The position numbers were made by a program, and so were the translations under genes. This document shows positions 1 through 15,999 of a DNA stretch of 64,000 bases, in pieces; within the stretch, counting starts at the first letter, position 1; each line of letters starts with the position of its first letter. This stretch comes from Eledone cirrhosa. Its lineage: Eukaryota. The stretch is taken from positions 37,386,001 through 37,450,000 of the forward strand of contig OZ024741.1 in the NCBI GenBank assembly GCA_964016885.1, written 5' to 3'. The notes under the pieces were generated by a model. That model had not been told where the DNA came from. It did not search any database and worked only from the letters and a program-made list of their open reading frames with translations.

Positions 1-356
1 TAACAAAATAAACCCCGTCCCACTACCCCCACCCCATCCACACCACACCTTTCAATGTAAAGTTATGTTGGTACCACAACATCCAGCTCGAAACAAATGA
101 GGTCGTGTAGGTGTCACGAAAAAAAAACACACAGTCCACGCTGTAATGTGGCCGTGTAGGTAACACGGTAAAAACCTCCCAGTTCCACACCGTAAATGTG
201 GTTGGTGTTAGGAAGGGCATCCAGCCGTAGAAAACCCGCCAGACAGTCCTATGCGAGCAAGACAACCACTCTTACCACAAGTGGGAAAACTCCAGTCCTA
301 ACCCATGCGAGCGTGGAATATGGACGTTAAACAATGATGATGATGATGATGATGAT
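1..356 (+). mobile_element. RTE-clade LINE family A, 3' UTR and (ATG)n tail (cut by window start)
   Basis: Matches the 3' UTR of the coding copies; ends ggacgttaaaca(atg)n followed by (TA)n. Confidence 0.9.
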
Positions 357-383
357 ATGTATATATATATATATATATGTATA

Positions 384-428
<45 letters not shown>

Positions 429-453
429 GTATATATATATGTATATATATATG

Positions 454-495
<42 letters not shown>

Positions 496-504
496 TGTAT
501 ATAT

Positions 505-694
505 CACGATAAATTAACGGAGGCATAGGCCGTCGTTATTCCCTGTAAATAATGTGCTCAAAGGGGAAGAGATCCTGAGCCCTTTAAAATATAATATGTT
601 GAGAAGGTAAAACACCAGAGAGAGATATATAGTGCGTTATTGATAACGCACTATATATCTCTCTCTGGTGTGTTACCTTCTCAACATATTATAT
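505..694 (-). mobile_element. Short fold-back element, probable PLE terminus with inverted arm
   Basis: 52-bp arms 589-640/643-694 with one mismatch and a 2-nt loop; unpaired 84-nt tail containing GGAATAACG, also found at the end of HHR family 3. Confidence 0.55.
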
Positions 695-702
695 ATATGT
701 AT

Positions 703-1165
703 ATCATCATCATCATCATCATCAACGTTTAACGTCCGTGTTCCACGCTTGCTTGGGTTTGGACGGGGGTAGTCCCACTTGAGGCAAGAGTGATTGTCTT
801 GCTCGCATAGGACTGTCTGGCAGGTTTTCTACAGTTGGATGCCCTTCCTAACACCAACCACATTTACAGTGTGGGTCTGGGAGGTTTTTACCGTGTTGCC
901 TACACAGCCACATTACAGTGTGGACTGTGTGTTTTTTTGTCGTGACACCTACACGATCTCATTTGTTTCGGCCTGGATGGTGTGGCACCAACATAACTTT
1001 ACATAGAACGGGATGGTGTGGATGGGGGGGGGGGTATTTTGTTAGAGATGCCTACTGGCTGTAGTAGGTTTTACTATGTATTTAGGTAAGGCGGGTCTTC
1101 TCTGTTACTGAGTACCGCCAAACGTCTCGGTCCAGTGACATTGTCTTGGAGAGGTGTAAGTGTGT
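703..1165 (-). mobile_element. LINE family A, severely 5'-truncated
   Basis: (CAT)n tail, 3' UTR and last ORF codons ([16 protein letters not shown]). Confidence 0.9.
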
Positions 1166-1284
1166 AAGTATATATATGTATATATATATATATATATGTA
1201 TATATATGGAAAAAAAAAAAATATATATATATATATATGTATATATATGGAAAAAAAAAAAATATATATATATATATATGTATA

Positions 1285-1353
<69 letters not shown>

Positions 1354-1358
1354 GTATA

Positions 1359-1399
<41 letters not shown>

Positions 1400-1435
1400 G
1401 TATATATATGTATATATATGTATATATATATATAT

Positions 1436-1983
1436 ATATTTATTAAAATAACAGATTAAAGTTTAAGCAAAGAATCGCTGCTTTCACCCTTAACGGGATC
1501 TTCTGAAACTAACAAAGTCAATCTGTAAACGCAGAACTGGATATTTCAAAAAACGTTGCAACCGGAGGAAGACAGGAAGACGATACTTTGGTTCGTGGTA
1601 ACGTTCGCTGGCAAAGAACGGGAAAAAACGAATAATACGTCATTAATAGAAGCGGTGAAAACAATTACGCGCAAAGACAGAACCACGTTTATGGTATAAA
1701 AGAGGTCGTAGACTAATGTTCTCTTAGGTGGTGCATAGAGACGTTCTCTGGCAATGAGCGAAAAAACGAAGATAATAAGTCATATGTGGAGCGTGGAGAA
1801 CAATAGCACGCAAAGACAAAACCACGTAAATGCTATAGCAGAAGTCGTAGACTAAAATTCTAACTAGGAGACCGAATAAATACAATACAGAAGTAATAGA
1901 AACAAATAAATACATACACGCAAACAGATACGTACATACACAAGCCCTCTTTGGATTTTAGTCTTCAATTTTAATATTATTAC

Positions 1984-1985
<2 letters not shown>
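1436..1985. mobile_element. PLE family 1: long inverted pLTR arm (1436-~1940) plus short sense terminus (1943-1985)
   Basis: Arm is the reverse complement of ~44470-44910; terminus matches 44956-44998. Confidence 0.8.
1460..1510 (-). ncRNA. Type I hammerhead motif, family 1 (U4A core variant)
   Basis: AGTTT-CAGAAGA-T.CCC/GGG.T-GAA-AGCA/TGCT-T-AAACT on the minus strand. Confidence 0.65.
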
Positions 1986-2038
<53 letters not shown>

Positions 2039-2060
2039 ATATATATATATATATGTATAT

Positions 2061-2094
<34 letters not shown>

Positions 2095-2097
2095 ATG

Positions 2098-2130
<33 letters not shown>

Positions 2131-2131
2131 G

Positions 2132-2164
<33 letters not shown>

Positions 2165-2170
2165 GTATAT

Positions 2171-4829
2171 ATCATCATCATCATCATCATCAACGTTTAA
2201 CGTCCGTGTTCCACGCTTGCATGGGTTTGGACGGGGGTAGTCCCACTTGAGGCAAGAGTGATTGTCTTGCTCGCATAGGACTGTCTGGCAGGTTTTCTAC
2301 AGTTGGATGCCCTTCCTAACACCAACCACATTTACAGTGTGGGTCTGGGAGGTTTTTACCGTGTTGCCTACACGGCCACATTACAGCGTGGACTGTGTGT
2401 TTTTTTGTCGTGACACCTACACGATCTCATTTGTTTCGGCCTCGATGGCGCGGCACCAACATAACTTTACATAGAACGGGGTGGTGTGGATCGGGTGGGG
2501 GTGGTGGTGGTGGGACGGGGTGTATTTTGTTAGAGATGCCTACTGGCTGGAGTAGGTTTTACTATATATTTAGGTAAGGCGGGTCTTCTCTGTTACTGAG
2601 TACCGCCAAAGGTCTCGGTCCAGTGACATTGTCTTGGAGAGGTGTAAGTGTGTGATGTCGGAGTTTATCAGCTCGTCCCAGGTTTTTCTAGGTCTGCCTA
2701 TTCCGTGACTACCGTCTATCTTTATTGCCCTGCACTTTGTTATACAGCTATCGACTTTCATGCGCATCACGTGTCCATACCAACGTAGCCTTCTCTCGAG
2801 TAAACAACATCTGATCCCTCTTATCTCTAATTTTTTCCTTAGTTCGTTTATGCTTTGCCGTTCACGTATATTACTGTTACACATCCAGCGGAGCATGCAA
2901 GCTTCGTTCCTCTCTAGTCTGCGTATATCCTCTGCACACAATGCCCAGGTCTCACTGCCATGCAGCATTGCTGTTCGTATGCAGGCATCGTACAACCTGC
3001 CTTTCATTTTTAGTGAGAACCCTTTAGCAGCTAATAGTGGTATAAGCTCTCTGAACTTTTTCCAACCAGTTCTGACTCTAGCTACAGTACTTTCAGAGCA
3101 CCCTACCCCACTGCTGATTTTATCGCCCAGGTAACGGAAGCTGTCCACTATTTCTATAGAACCCTCTGCGCAATTGAAAGAGCTAGTAGTTTGTGGGCAC
3201 TTGCTGCTACTTATTGCACCAGAGCACTGGCCACATGTAAAATCTATGTTCTTAGTTAGCTTACCTGTGATCCCACTACATCTTTTATGCACCCATACTT
3301 TGCATTTAGGACATAAAATGGAGTTTCTACCTACGCCTTTCCTACACACCGAGCACGACCATTTCCCAGAAGGGACCGCCGCCTTGTTTTCTTTCCTACA
3401 AACTAGTACTTTGGTCTTAGCCAGGTTAATTTTAAGTCCTTTTGACTCTAGGCCGTGCTTCCATGTTTGGAATTTCTTCTCTAGCTCGGCCATTGATTCC
3501 GCTATGAGTGTCAGGTCGTCTGCGTATAGGAGTTCCCATGGGCAGCCTGTCTTGAACTCCTCTGTTATAGCCTGAAGGGCAATAATAAATAGTAGTGGAC
3601 TGAGAACAGAGCCCTGATGGACGCCAACTTTTACGCTAAACTCTTCACTATATTCGTTGTTAATTCTAACCTTGCTGACTGTTTCTTTATACATGGCTTG
3701 TATAGCCCTCACAAGCCATTCGTCAACGCCTAGTTTTCTAAGAGCCCACCAGATAATGGAGCGGGGGACTCTGTCGAAGGCTTTCTCCAAGTCGACAAAA
3801 GCTAAGTAGAGGGGTTTACCTTTAGCTAGGTACTTCTCCTGTAGTTGTCGTACTATGAAAAGAGCGTCTGTGGTACTTTTGCCTGACACAAACCCGAACT
3901 GCATTTCATCTAGGTCAATTCTCTCTCTGATTAGTTGCGCTATTACTTTTTCCGTGACCTTCATGACCTGGTCGATTAATTTAATGCCTCTATAGTTACT
4001 CCTATCTAGGGCGTCTCCTTTACCCTTATAACAGTTAACGATGATGCTGCTATGCCAGTCCTTCGGAACAACCCCATTCTGTACGACTTGGTTAACTATG
4101 CGGGTGACCATGGTGTGTCCCACCGTGCCAGATGCCTTCAGCATCTCAGCAACTATTTCCGAAGGCCCAGCCGCCTTACCAGTCTTCATATCCTTGATTG
4201 CCTTACTTATTATACTCCCCTCGACTAACACTGCTGGTCCCTCTATTGGGTCGATATGGGGGAGACTGCCTTTCTCCCAATTATTCTCCTCATTTAGTAG
4301 CCTTTCATAGTGACACTTCCAAGCTACCTTCTTATCAGCGTCGGTGATGGCAAGTGTGCCATCGTCGTTTAGTACACACTTCTCCCCGACAATATCACGG
4401 TTTTCCTTGACGCATTGCCTAGCAATCCTGAACACCTCACGTTTTTGGTCATCGCGTTGTAGAACATGCTTGAACTTTCTTTCCTCAGCTTCCCTTCTTG
4501 CTAAGTACACTTGTCTCCTAGCTTCCCTCCTGGCCACTTGATAGTCCTCTCTACTTCCCCCATCCCGCCATACTTTCCAAGCCTGCTTTTTGGCCTTAAT
4601 TGACCCCTCCACCTTACTGTTCCACCACCATGTTACTCTCCTCCTGCCTACAGGCCTGCTCCAGCCACAGACTTCGTCTGTCGCCAACAGCAGGTTTGCT
4701 TTCAGAAATTCCCACTCTCCCTCTATATTGTCCGACTCTAAATGTTCTTCCTTACTGTCGAAAGCATCAAGTAATATGCTTTGAAATTTATTCCTGGCTG
4801 TGGGGTCCTTTAGCTTCCATATTTTCCTC
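2171..4829 (-). mobile_element. LINE family A, 5'-truncated, RT ORF open (2570-4829)
   Basis: RT motifs [27 protein letters not shown]; (CAT)n tail; (TA)n on both flanks. Confidence 0.95.
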
Positions 4830-4896
4830 ATATATATATGTATATATATGTATATATATGTATATATATATGTATATATATGTATATATATGTATA

Positions 4897-4959
<63 letters not shown>

Positions 4960-4960
4960 G

Positions 4961-4991
<31 letters not shown>

Positions 4992-5012
4992 GTATATATA
5001 TGTATATATATG

Positions 5013-5043
<31 letters not shown>

Positions 5044-5169
5044 GTATATATATGTATATATATATATATGTATATATATGTATATATATGTATATATATG
5101 TATATGTATATGTATATATATATGTATATATATGTATATGTATATATGTATTTATATATATATATATAT

Positions 5170-5524
5170 GGCGGCACATGGCTTAGTGGTTAGAGCATTG
5201 GCCTTGCAATCGAAAGGTTTTGAGTTCAATTCTCAGACCGGGTGATGTGTTGTTTCCTTGAGCAAGACACTTTATTTCACATTCTCCAGTTTACTCAGCT
5301 GTAGAAATGAGATGATAGGGACTGGGGTTCATATCATTCCACTGTAAAGTGGTCGTGGAGGTGCCACGGCAAAAAAGCACCGAGCACTCACTGTAAATGA
5401 GGAAGGAAGGGTATACAGGAAGTTAGGAAGGGTATACAGCTGTAGAAATCAAGCCAGAATCAGTTCCCATCCCACCCTTGCAAGCAGCGAAAAGCGGACG
5501 TAAAATGATGGTGATGATGATGAT
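5170..5524 (+). mobile_element. tRNA-derived SINE with CORE-like block and LINE-B-derived 3' end
   Basis: Box A TGGCTTAGTGG, box B GAGTTCAATTC, CCTTGAGCAAGACACTT, 3' half matches 19416-19566, (ATG)n tail. Confidence 0.85.
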
Positions 5525-5691
5525 ATACATATATATACATATATATACATATCATCATTTCATTTTACATCCGCTTTATCCTTACATATATATATTCAAA
5601 TATATTTACATATATACGACCTCTTTTTTCCTACATATATATATACATATATATATGTATATATATATACATATATATATTTATAATTATA

Positions 5692-5724
<33 letters not shown>

Positions 5725-5739
5725 GTATATATATATATT

Positions 5740-5770
<31 letters not shown>

Positions 5771-5771
5771 G

Positions 5772-5820
<49 letters not shown>

Positions 5821-5888
5821 GTATATATATATATATCTATATATATATATATGTATATATATATATGTATATGTATATATATGTATAT

Positions 5889-6230
5889 TACGTTGGTATG
5901 GTCACGTGATGCGCATGAAAGACGATAGCTGTATGAAAAAGTGCAGGGCGATAAAAATAGACGGTAGGCAGACCCAGAAAAACCTGGGACGACTTGATAA
6001 ATTCCGACCTCAAACACTTACACCTCTCCAAGACAATGTCACTGGACCGAGATCGTTGGCGCTACACAGAAATAGAGAAGACCCGCCTTGCCTAAGTACA
6101 AAGCGAAACCTACAGTCAGTAGGCACCTCTAACAAAAATACACCCCCGTCCCACTACCCTCAAGTGGGAAAATTCCGTTCCAAACCCATGCTAGTGTGGA
6201 AGATGGACGTTAAACGATGATGATGATGAT
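5889..6230 (+). mobile_element. LINE family A 3' end with internal deletions
   Basis: [13 protein letters not shown].., shortened 3' UTR, (GAT)n tail. Confidence 0.85.
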
Positions 6231-6290
6231 ATATATATATATATGTATATATATGTATATGTATATATATATGTATATGTATATATATAT

Positions 6291-6745
6291 ATTTTGTTTC
6301 TGAATTTGTATAGCAAGATTCTTTATCTGAAATCGTGTGTTGAAACCGATATTGTTATACTTTGGGAGGGTCATGTTGCCAATAAGAAACACATGCACGA
6401 ATTGCTTTCACTTCAATTTATTATATATTTATAAATTTCTGGTTGGTTGGTTGGTTCCACAACCAGATAGTTGTTTATATATAGTCATAGTTCTTTCGTC
6501 ACACACTCTGTGACCTCTTCAGTGACTGGGGATTCCTTTCTTTGTTTCTGTGCCTCTCCTTTGTTCTGTCCTACGCCATTTTGTTTCTGTGTGTGTGTTG
6601 TGTGCTCAGTCTGCGCATGCGCCACATCCGGGTGTCTGTGTGTGTTTATGTTCATTTATTTATTTATTTGTTTATTTACATGTTACTGGTTGGTTGTTTG
6701 TTCTATGTGTGTGTGTGTTTTCATTTTGTCCTTAATTGTAAGTTT
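6291..6745 (-). mobile_element. Non-coding HHR-bearing element (family 2), PLE/retrozyme-like
   Basis: Unique block between TA tracts with an HHR at 6483-6527. Confidence 0.6.
6483..6527 (-). ncRNA. Minimal type I hammerhead motif, family 2
   Basis: AGTCA-CTGAAGA-G-GTCACA/TGTGAC-GAAAGAACTA-TGACT; one unpaired G at the base of stem II. Confidence 0.7.
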
Positions 6746-6857
6746 ATATATATATATATATATTGTATATATATATATATATATTGTATATATATATATA
6801 TATTGTATATATATATATATTGTATATATATATATTGTATATATATATATATATAGA

Positions 6858-6910
6858 GAGATTCCTGATGATTTCTAATGAATGAAACAGTTCTAGTCCT
6901 GTAGAATCTC
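6858..6910 (+). ncRNA. Type I hammerhead motif, family 3 (isolated ~65-bp insert)
   Basis: GAGATTC-CTGATGA-T.TTC/GAA.T-GAA-ACAG/CTGT-A-GAATCTC; GUA cleavage triplet. Confidence 0.85.
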
Positions 6911-7004
6911 ATCTATATTAATATTGTATATATATATATATTGTATATATATATATATTGTATATATATATATTGTATATATATATATATTATATATATA
7001 TATA

Positions 7005-7222
7005 TTAAGGAACGATCGACTTTCGTCAAATCGGACCGAGGAAACAATGTTTTCGTTGGTCTTTCCAGTTGCTAATACTATCTATCGGTCGCAACTCCAG
7101 GTAGAAGGAGCAACGTGAAATGAAGTGTCTTGCTCAAGGACATAACGCATCGCCTAGTCCAGGAATCGAACTCACAATCTCAAGATTGTGAATCCAATTC
7201 TCTAAACACTCAGCCACACGCC

Positions 7223-7223
<1 letters not shown>
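7005..7223 (-). mobile_element. tRNA-derived CORE-like SINE (second family)
   Basis: Minus strand reads TGGCTGAGTG..GAGTTCGATTC..GTCCTTGAGCAAGACACTT. Confidence 0.75.
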
Positions 7224-7283
<60 letters not shown>

Positions 7284-7322
7284 ATATATATGTATATATA
7301 TATATATTGTATATATATATAT

Positions 7323-7397
<75 letters not shown>

Positions 7398-7511
7398 TGT
7401 ATATATATATATATTGTATATATATATATATTGTATATATATATATATATATTGTATATATATATATATATTGTATATATATATATATATATATTGTATA
7501 TATATATATAT

Positions 7512-7559
<48 letters not shown>

Positions 7560-7656
7560 ATATATATATATATATATTTTATATATATATTGTATATATA
7601 TATATATATATTTTATATATATATTGTATATATATATATATATATTTTATATATAT

Positions 7657-7716
<60 letters not shown>

Positions 7717-7902
7717 TTTATATATATATATATTGTATATATATATATATTGTATATATATATATATTGTATATATATATTGTATATATTGTATATATTG
7801 TATATATATATTGTATATATATATATTGTATATATATATATATTGTATATATATATATATATATATATTGTATATATATTGTATATATATATATATATAT
7901 AT

Positions 7903-7985
<83 letters not shown>

Positions 7986-8165
7986 ATATATATATATATA
8001 TATTTTATATATATATTGTATATATATATATATTTTATATATATATTGTATATATATATATATTTTATATATATATTGTATATATATATATATATTGTAT
8101 ATATATATATTATATATATGAATATATTGTATATATATATCTATATTGTATATATATATATATAT

Positions 8166-8203
<38 letters not shown>

Positions 8204-8602
8204 ATATATATATTGTATATATATATATATATATTGTATATATATATATATATTGTATATATATATATATTGTATATATATATTGTATATATATATATAT
8301 ATATTGTATATATATATATATATTGTATATATATATATATTGTATATATATATATTGTATATATATATATATTGTATATATATATATACATGGTATATAT
8401 ATATATATATATATATATTGTATATATATATTGTATATATATATATATATATTGTATATATATATATATATATTGTATATATATATATTGTATATATATA
8501 TATATATATTGTATATATATATATATATTGTCTATATATATATATATATATATATTGTATATATATATTGTATATGTATATATATATATATATATATTGT
8601 AT
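7224..8602. repeat. Interrupted (TA)n tract with periodic TTG
   Basis: Direct reading: (TA)k-TTG units. Confidence 0.95.
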
Positions 8603-8915
8603 ATGTGGCTGTGTAGGCAACATGGTAAAAACCTCCCAGCCCCACACTGTAAATGTGTTTGGTGTTAGGAAGGGCATCCAGCTGCAGAAAACCCGCCAGA
8701 CAGTCCACGCTGTAATGTGGCTGTGTAGGCAACACGCTAAAAACCTCCCAGCCCCACACTGTAAATGTGTTTGGTGTTAGGAAGGGCATCCAACTGTAGA
8801 AAACCCGCCAGACAGTCCTATGCGAGCAAGACAACCACTCTTGCCTCAAGTGGGAAAACCCCCGTCCAAACCCATGCAAGCGTGGAACACAGAAGCTAAA
8901 CCCGATGATGATGAT
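8603..8915 (+). mobile_element. LINE family A 3' UTR, duplicated-block variant
   Basis: Two copies of the ~110-bp UTR block, (GAT)n tail. Confidence 0.85.
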
Positions 8916-8955
8916 ATTGTATATATATATTGTTTATATATATATATTGTATATA

Positions 8956-9114
8956 ACGAAGGAAATGTGGTAAGGAACCAGGTGGACCATAACGCACCAA
9001 AGTACTCAATACTTAGGGTAGTAGAGTGGGTAATAGGAACAAATAAGACCCCGACGGCTGAGCTCAACCGTCGAAATGGCTTGAGGTAAGCTGTCGGGGT
9101 CTCACTTGTTCCTA
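8956..9114 (-). mobile_element. Short fold-back element (probable PLE terminus), related to 51291-51434
   Basis: Imperfect arms ataggaacaa..gaccccgacggct / agctgtcggggtc..ttgttcctat plus ~76-nt tail. Confidence 0.55.
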
Positions 9115-9408
9115 TATTGTATATATATATATATTGTATATATATTGTATATATATATATATTGTATATATATATATTGTATATATATATATGGTATACA
9201 TATATATTGTATATATATATATTGTATATATATATATATCTTGTATATATATTGTATATATATATATATATATTGTATATATATTGTATATATATATATA
9301 TATATATATTGTATATATATATATTGTATATATATATATCGTATACATATACATTGTATATATATATATTGTATATATATATTGTATATATATATATTGT
9401 ATATATAT

Positions 9409-9458
<50 letters not shown>

Positions 9459-9944
9459 ATATATATATGTATATATATATTGTATGTATATATATATTGT
9501 ATATATATATATATTGTATATATATATATATATATATTGTATATATGTATATATATATATATATTGTGTATATATATATAGTGTATATATATATATATAT
9601 ATATATTGTGTATATATATATATATATATATATTGTGTATGTATATATATATATTGTGTATATATATATATATATTGTGTATGTATATATATATATATAT
9701 ATATATTGTGTATGTATATATATATATATTGTGTATATATATATATATATTGTGTATATATATATATATATTGTGTATATATATATATATTGTGTGTATA
9801 TATATATATATTGTGTGTATATATATATATATATATATTGTGTATATATATATATATATATATTGTGTATATATGTATATATATATAAATATTGTGTATA
9901 TATATATATATATATATTGTGTATATATATATATATATTGTGTA

Positions 9945-9994
<50 letters not shown>

Positions 9995-10055
9995 GTATAT
10001 ATATATATATATATTGTGTATATATATATATATATCTATATATATATATTGTGTA

Positions 10056-10086
<31 letters not shown>

Positions 10087-10126
10087 TGTGTATATATATA
10101 TATTGTGTATATATATATATATATAC
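9115..10126. repeat. Interrupted (TA)n tract grading from TTG to TTGTG units
   Basis: Direct reading. Confidence 0.95.
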
Positions 10127-10272
10127 ATCTATCTATCTAAGGCGGGTAAAATTCCCGAGATCCATGGACGAGTTCTCTCCAGCGGTCTCTGTCCCTCATT
10201 ACCGCTGCCAGTGTCTGTCCTTAGGGCATCAACATACGTTAACCTTGGTCTTCCGCTTCTAGTGTGTCCATA
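10127..10272 (-). mobile_element. RTE family C 3' end with (TAGA)n tail
   Basis: Reverse complement of ~41470-41635 with a small deletion. Confidence 0.85.
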
Positions 10273-10407
10273 GACACACTATTGTAATATTGTATATATA
10301 TATATATATATATTGTAATATGGACACAATATTGTAATATTGTATATATATATATTGTAATATTGTATGTTGAATATATATATATTGTATATATATATAT
10401 GTATATA

Positions 10408-11330
<923 letters not shown>

Positions 11331-11424
11331 AATATATATTCATGTACACACACATACATACACACATACATACATACATACATAATACATATACACATAT
11401 ACATACACACATATATACACATAC

Positions 11425-11487
<63 letters not shown>

Positions 11488-11536
11488 CATATATGCACAT
11501 ATATATACACATATACACACATACACACACACACAC

Positions 11537-11586
<50 letters not shown>

Positions 11587-12296
11587 ATATACATATATAT
11601 ATACATATACACACACACAGATACACACACACATACACATACATACACACACACACACATATATACACAAATAAATACACTCACACGCATACATACAAAC
11701 ACGAGTATACATATGTATAAATATCTATACACACACATATATACACATATATATATATACACATATATATACATATATATACATATATATATATACATAT
11801 ACATACATATATATATATATATATATATCTCTAAACACACACATACATATACATATATATATATATATATCCATACATACACAAACATACACATACATAC
11901 ACAGACCTATACATAAATATACACATATATATACAGACATATATATATATATATATATTGTATATATATATATATATATTGTATATATATTGTAATATTG
12001 TATATATATATATATATATATTGTATATATATTGTAATATTGTATATATATATATATTGTAATATTGTATATATATATATATTGTAATATTGTATATATA
12101 TATATATATTGTAATATTGTATATATATATATTTTGTAATATTGTATATATATATATATATTGTAATATTGTATATATATATATTTTGTAATATTGTATA
12201 TATATATATTTTGCAATATTATACATATATATATATATATATATTGTAGATTGTATATATATATATATATTGTATATTGTATATATATATATATTG

Positions 12297-12351
<55 letters not shown>

Positions 12352-12358
12352 GATATAT

Positions 12359-12402
<44 letters not shown>

Positions 12403-12412
12403 ATATATATAT

Positions 12413-12450
<38 letters not shown>

Positions 12451-12631
12451 ATATATATACTTATATATATATATATATATTGTATATATATATTGTATAT
12501 ATATATATATATTGTGTATATATATATATTATATATATATATATATTGTATATATAGTATATATTTATATATATTGTATATATATATATATATTGTATAT
12601 ATATATATATATATATATTGTATATATATAT

Positions 12632-12668
<37 letters not shown>

Positions 12669-12685
12669 TATATATATATATATAT

Positions 12686-13262
12686 ATCATCATCATCATC
12701 ATCATCATCAACGTTTAACGTCCGTGTTCCACGCTTGCATGGGTTTGGACGGGGGTAGTCCCACTTGAGGCAAGAGTGATTGTCTTGCTCGCATAGGACT
12801 GTCTGGCAGGTTTTCTACAGTTGGATGCCCTTCCTAACACCAACCACATTTACAGTGTGGGTCTGGGAGGTTTTTACCGTGTTGCCTACACGGCCACATT
12901 ACAGCGTGGACTGTGTGTTTTTTTGTCGTGACACCTACACGATCTCATTTGTTTCGGCCTCGATGGCGCGGCACCAACATAACTTTACATAGAACGGGAT
13001 GGTGTGGATCGGGTGGGGGTGGGGGTGGTGGGACGGGGTGTATTTTGTTAGAGATGCCTACTGGCTGGAGTAGGTTTTACTATATATTTAGGTAAGGCGG
13101 GTCTTCTCTGTTACTGAGTACCGCCAAAGGTCTCGGTCCAGTGACATTGTCTTGGAGAGGTGTAAGTGTGTGATGTCGGAGTTTATCAGCTCGTCCCAGG
13201 TTTTTCTAGGTCTGCCTATTCCGTGACTACCGTCTATCTTTATTGCCCTGCACTTTGTTATA
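12686..13262 (-). mobile_element. LINE family A, 5'-truncated
   Basis: Nearly identical to 2171-2745. Confidence 0.92.
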
Positions 13263-13413
13263 TATATATATATATATATATTGTATATATATATATATAT
13301 ATATATTATATTTATATATATATATTTTATATATATATTTTGTATATATATATATATATATTGTTTATATATATATATATATTGTATATATATATATATA
13401 TATATATTGTATA

Positions 13414-13510
<97 letters not shown>

Positions 13511-13565
13511 ATATATATATATATATATACAATATATATATATATATATACAATATATATACAAT

Positions 13566-15850
13566 ATCATCATCATCATCATCATCATCAACGTTTAACG
13601 TCCGTGTTCCACGCTTGCATGGGTTTGGACGGGGGTAGTGCCACTTGAGGCAAGAGTGATTGTCTTGCTCGCATAGGACTGTCTGGCAGGTTTTCTACCG
13701 TTGGATGCCCTTCCTAACACCAACCACATTTACAGTGTGGGTCTGGGAGGTTTTTACCGTGTTGCCTACACGACCACATTACAGCGTGGACTGTGTGTTT
13801 TTTTGTCGTGACACCTACACGATCTCATTTGTTTCGGCCTCGATGGCGCGGCACCAACATAACTTTACATAGAACGGGGTGGTGTGGATGGGGTGGGGGG
13901 GGGGGGGGGGGGGGGGGTGTATTTTGTTAGAGATGCCTACTGGCTGGAGTAGGTTTTACTATATATTTAGGTAAGGCGGGTCTTCTCTGTTACTGAGTAC
14001 CGCCAAAGGTCTCGGTCCAGTGACATTGTCTTGGAGAGGTGTAAGTGTGTGATGTCGGAGTTTATCAGCTCGTCCCAGGTTTTTCTAGGTCTGCCTATTC
14101 CGTGACTACCCTCTATCTTTATTGCCCTGCACTTTGTTATACAGCTAGCGACTTTCATGCGCATCACGTGTCCATACCAACGTAGCCTTCTCTCGAGTAA
14201 ACAACATCTGATCCCTCTTATCTCTAATTTTTTCCTTAGTTCGTTTATGCTTTGCCGTTCACGTATATTACTGTTACACATCCAGCGGAGCATGCAAGCT
14301 TCGTTCCTCTCTAGTCTGGGTATATCCTCTGCACACAATGCCCAGGTCTCACTGCCATGCAGCATTGCTGTTCGTATGCAGGCATCGTACAACCTGCCTT
14401 TCATTTTTAGGGAGAACCCTTTAGCAGCTAATAGTGGTATAAGCTCTCTGAACTTTTTCCAACCAGTTCTGACTCTAGCTACAGTACTTTCAGAGCACCC
14501 TCCCCCACTGCTGATTTTATCGCCCAGGTAACGGAAGCTGTCCACTATTTCTATAGAACCCTCTGTGCAATTGAAAGAGCTAGTATTTTGTGGGCACTTG
14601 CTGCTACTTATTGCACCAGAGCACCGGCCACATGTAAAATCTATGTTCTTAGTTAGCTTACCTGTGATCCCACTACATCTTTTATGCACCCATACTTTGC
14701 ATTTAGGACATAAAATGGAGTTTCTACCTACGCCTTTCCTACACACCGAGCACGACCATTTCCCAGAAGGGACCGCCGCCTTGTTTTCTTTCCTACAAAC
14801 TAGTACTTTGGTCTTAGCCAGGTTAATTTTAAGTCCTTTTGACTCTAGGCCGTGCTTCCATGTTTGGAATTTCTTCTCTAGCTTGGCCATTGATTCCGCT
14901 ATGAGTGTCAGGTCGTCTGCGTATAGGAGTTCCCATGGGCAGCCTGTCTTGAACTCCTCTGTTATAGCCTGAAGGGCAATAATAAATAGTAGTGAGGTGA
15001 GAACAGAGCCCTGATGGACGCCAACTTTTACGCTAAACTCTTCACTATATTCGTTGTTAATTCTAACCTTGCTGACTGTTTCTTTATACATGGCTTGTAT
15101 AGCCCTCACAAGCCATTCGTCAACGCCTAGTTTTCTAAGAGCCCACCAGATAATGGAGCGGGGGACTCTGTCGAAGGCTTTCTCCAAGTCGACAAAAGCT
15201 AAGTAGAGGGGTTTACCTTTAGCTAGGTACTTCTCCTGTAGTTGTCGTACTATGAAAAGAGCGTCTGTGGTACTTTTGCCTGACACAAACCCGAACTGCA
15301 TTTCATCTAGGTCAATTCTCTCTCTGATTAGTTGCGCTATTACTTTTTCCGTGACCTTCATGACCTGGTCGATTAATTTAATGCCTCTATAGTTACTCCT
15401 ATCTAGGGCGTCTCCTTTACCCTTATAACAGTTAACGATGATGCTGCTATGCCAGTCCTTCGGAACAACCCCATTCTGTACGACTTGGTTAACTATGCGT
15501 GTGACCATGGTGTGTCCCACCGTGCCAGATGCCTTCAGCATCTCAGCAACTATTTCCGAAGGCCCAGCCGCCTTACCCGTCTTCATATCCTTGATTGCCT
15601 TACTTATTATACTCCCCTCGACTAACACTGCTGGTCCCTCTATTGGGTCGATATGGGGGAGACTGTCTTTCTCCCATTTATTCTCCTCATTTAGTAGCCT
15701 TTCATAGTGACACTTCCAAGCTACCTTCTTATCAGCGTCGGTGATGGCAAGTGTGCCATCGTCGTTTAGTACACACTTCTCCCCGACAATATCACGGTTT
15801 TCCTTGACGCATTGCCTAGCAATCCTGAACACCTCACGTTTTTGGTCATC
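13566..15850 (-). mobile_element. LINE family A, 5'-truncated, RT ORF open (13967-15850)
   Basis: RT motifs including YADD; (CAT)n tail. Confidence 0.95.
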
Positions 15851-15916
15851 AATATATATATATATATACAATATATATATATATATACAATATATATATA
15901 TATATATATATATACA

Positions 15917-15992
<76 letters not shown>

Positions 15993-15999
<7 letters not shown>

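Noticed and set aside
794-1006. Recurrent 70-aa [12 protein letters not shown]..
   Set aside because: Antisense to the LINE 3' UTR with a non-ATG start; it recurs only because the UTR is repeated.
2760-4784. Recurrent ORFs antisense to the RT ORF
   Set aside because: Shadow frames of the LINE coding strand.
5170-5250. Functional tRNA gene
   Set aside because: A and B boxes are present but it continues into a SINE body and LINE tail, so it is a SINE head.
9040-9100. Hammerhead in the 8956-9114 and 51291-51434 fold-backs
   Set aside because: Hairpins are present but there is no complete catalytic core on either strand.
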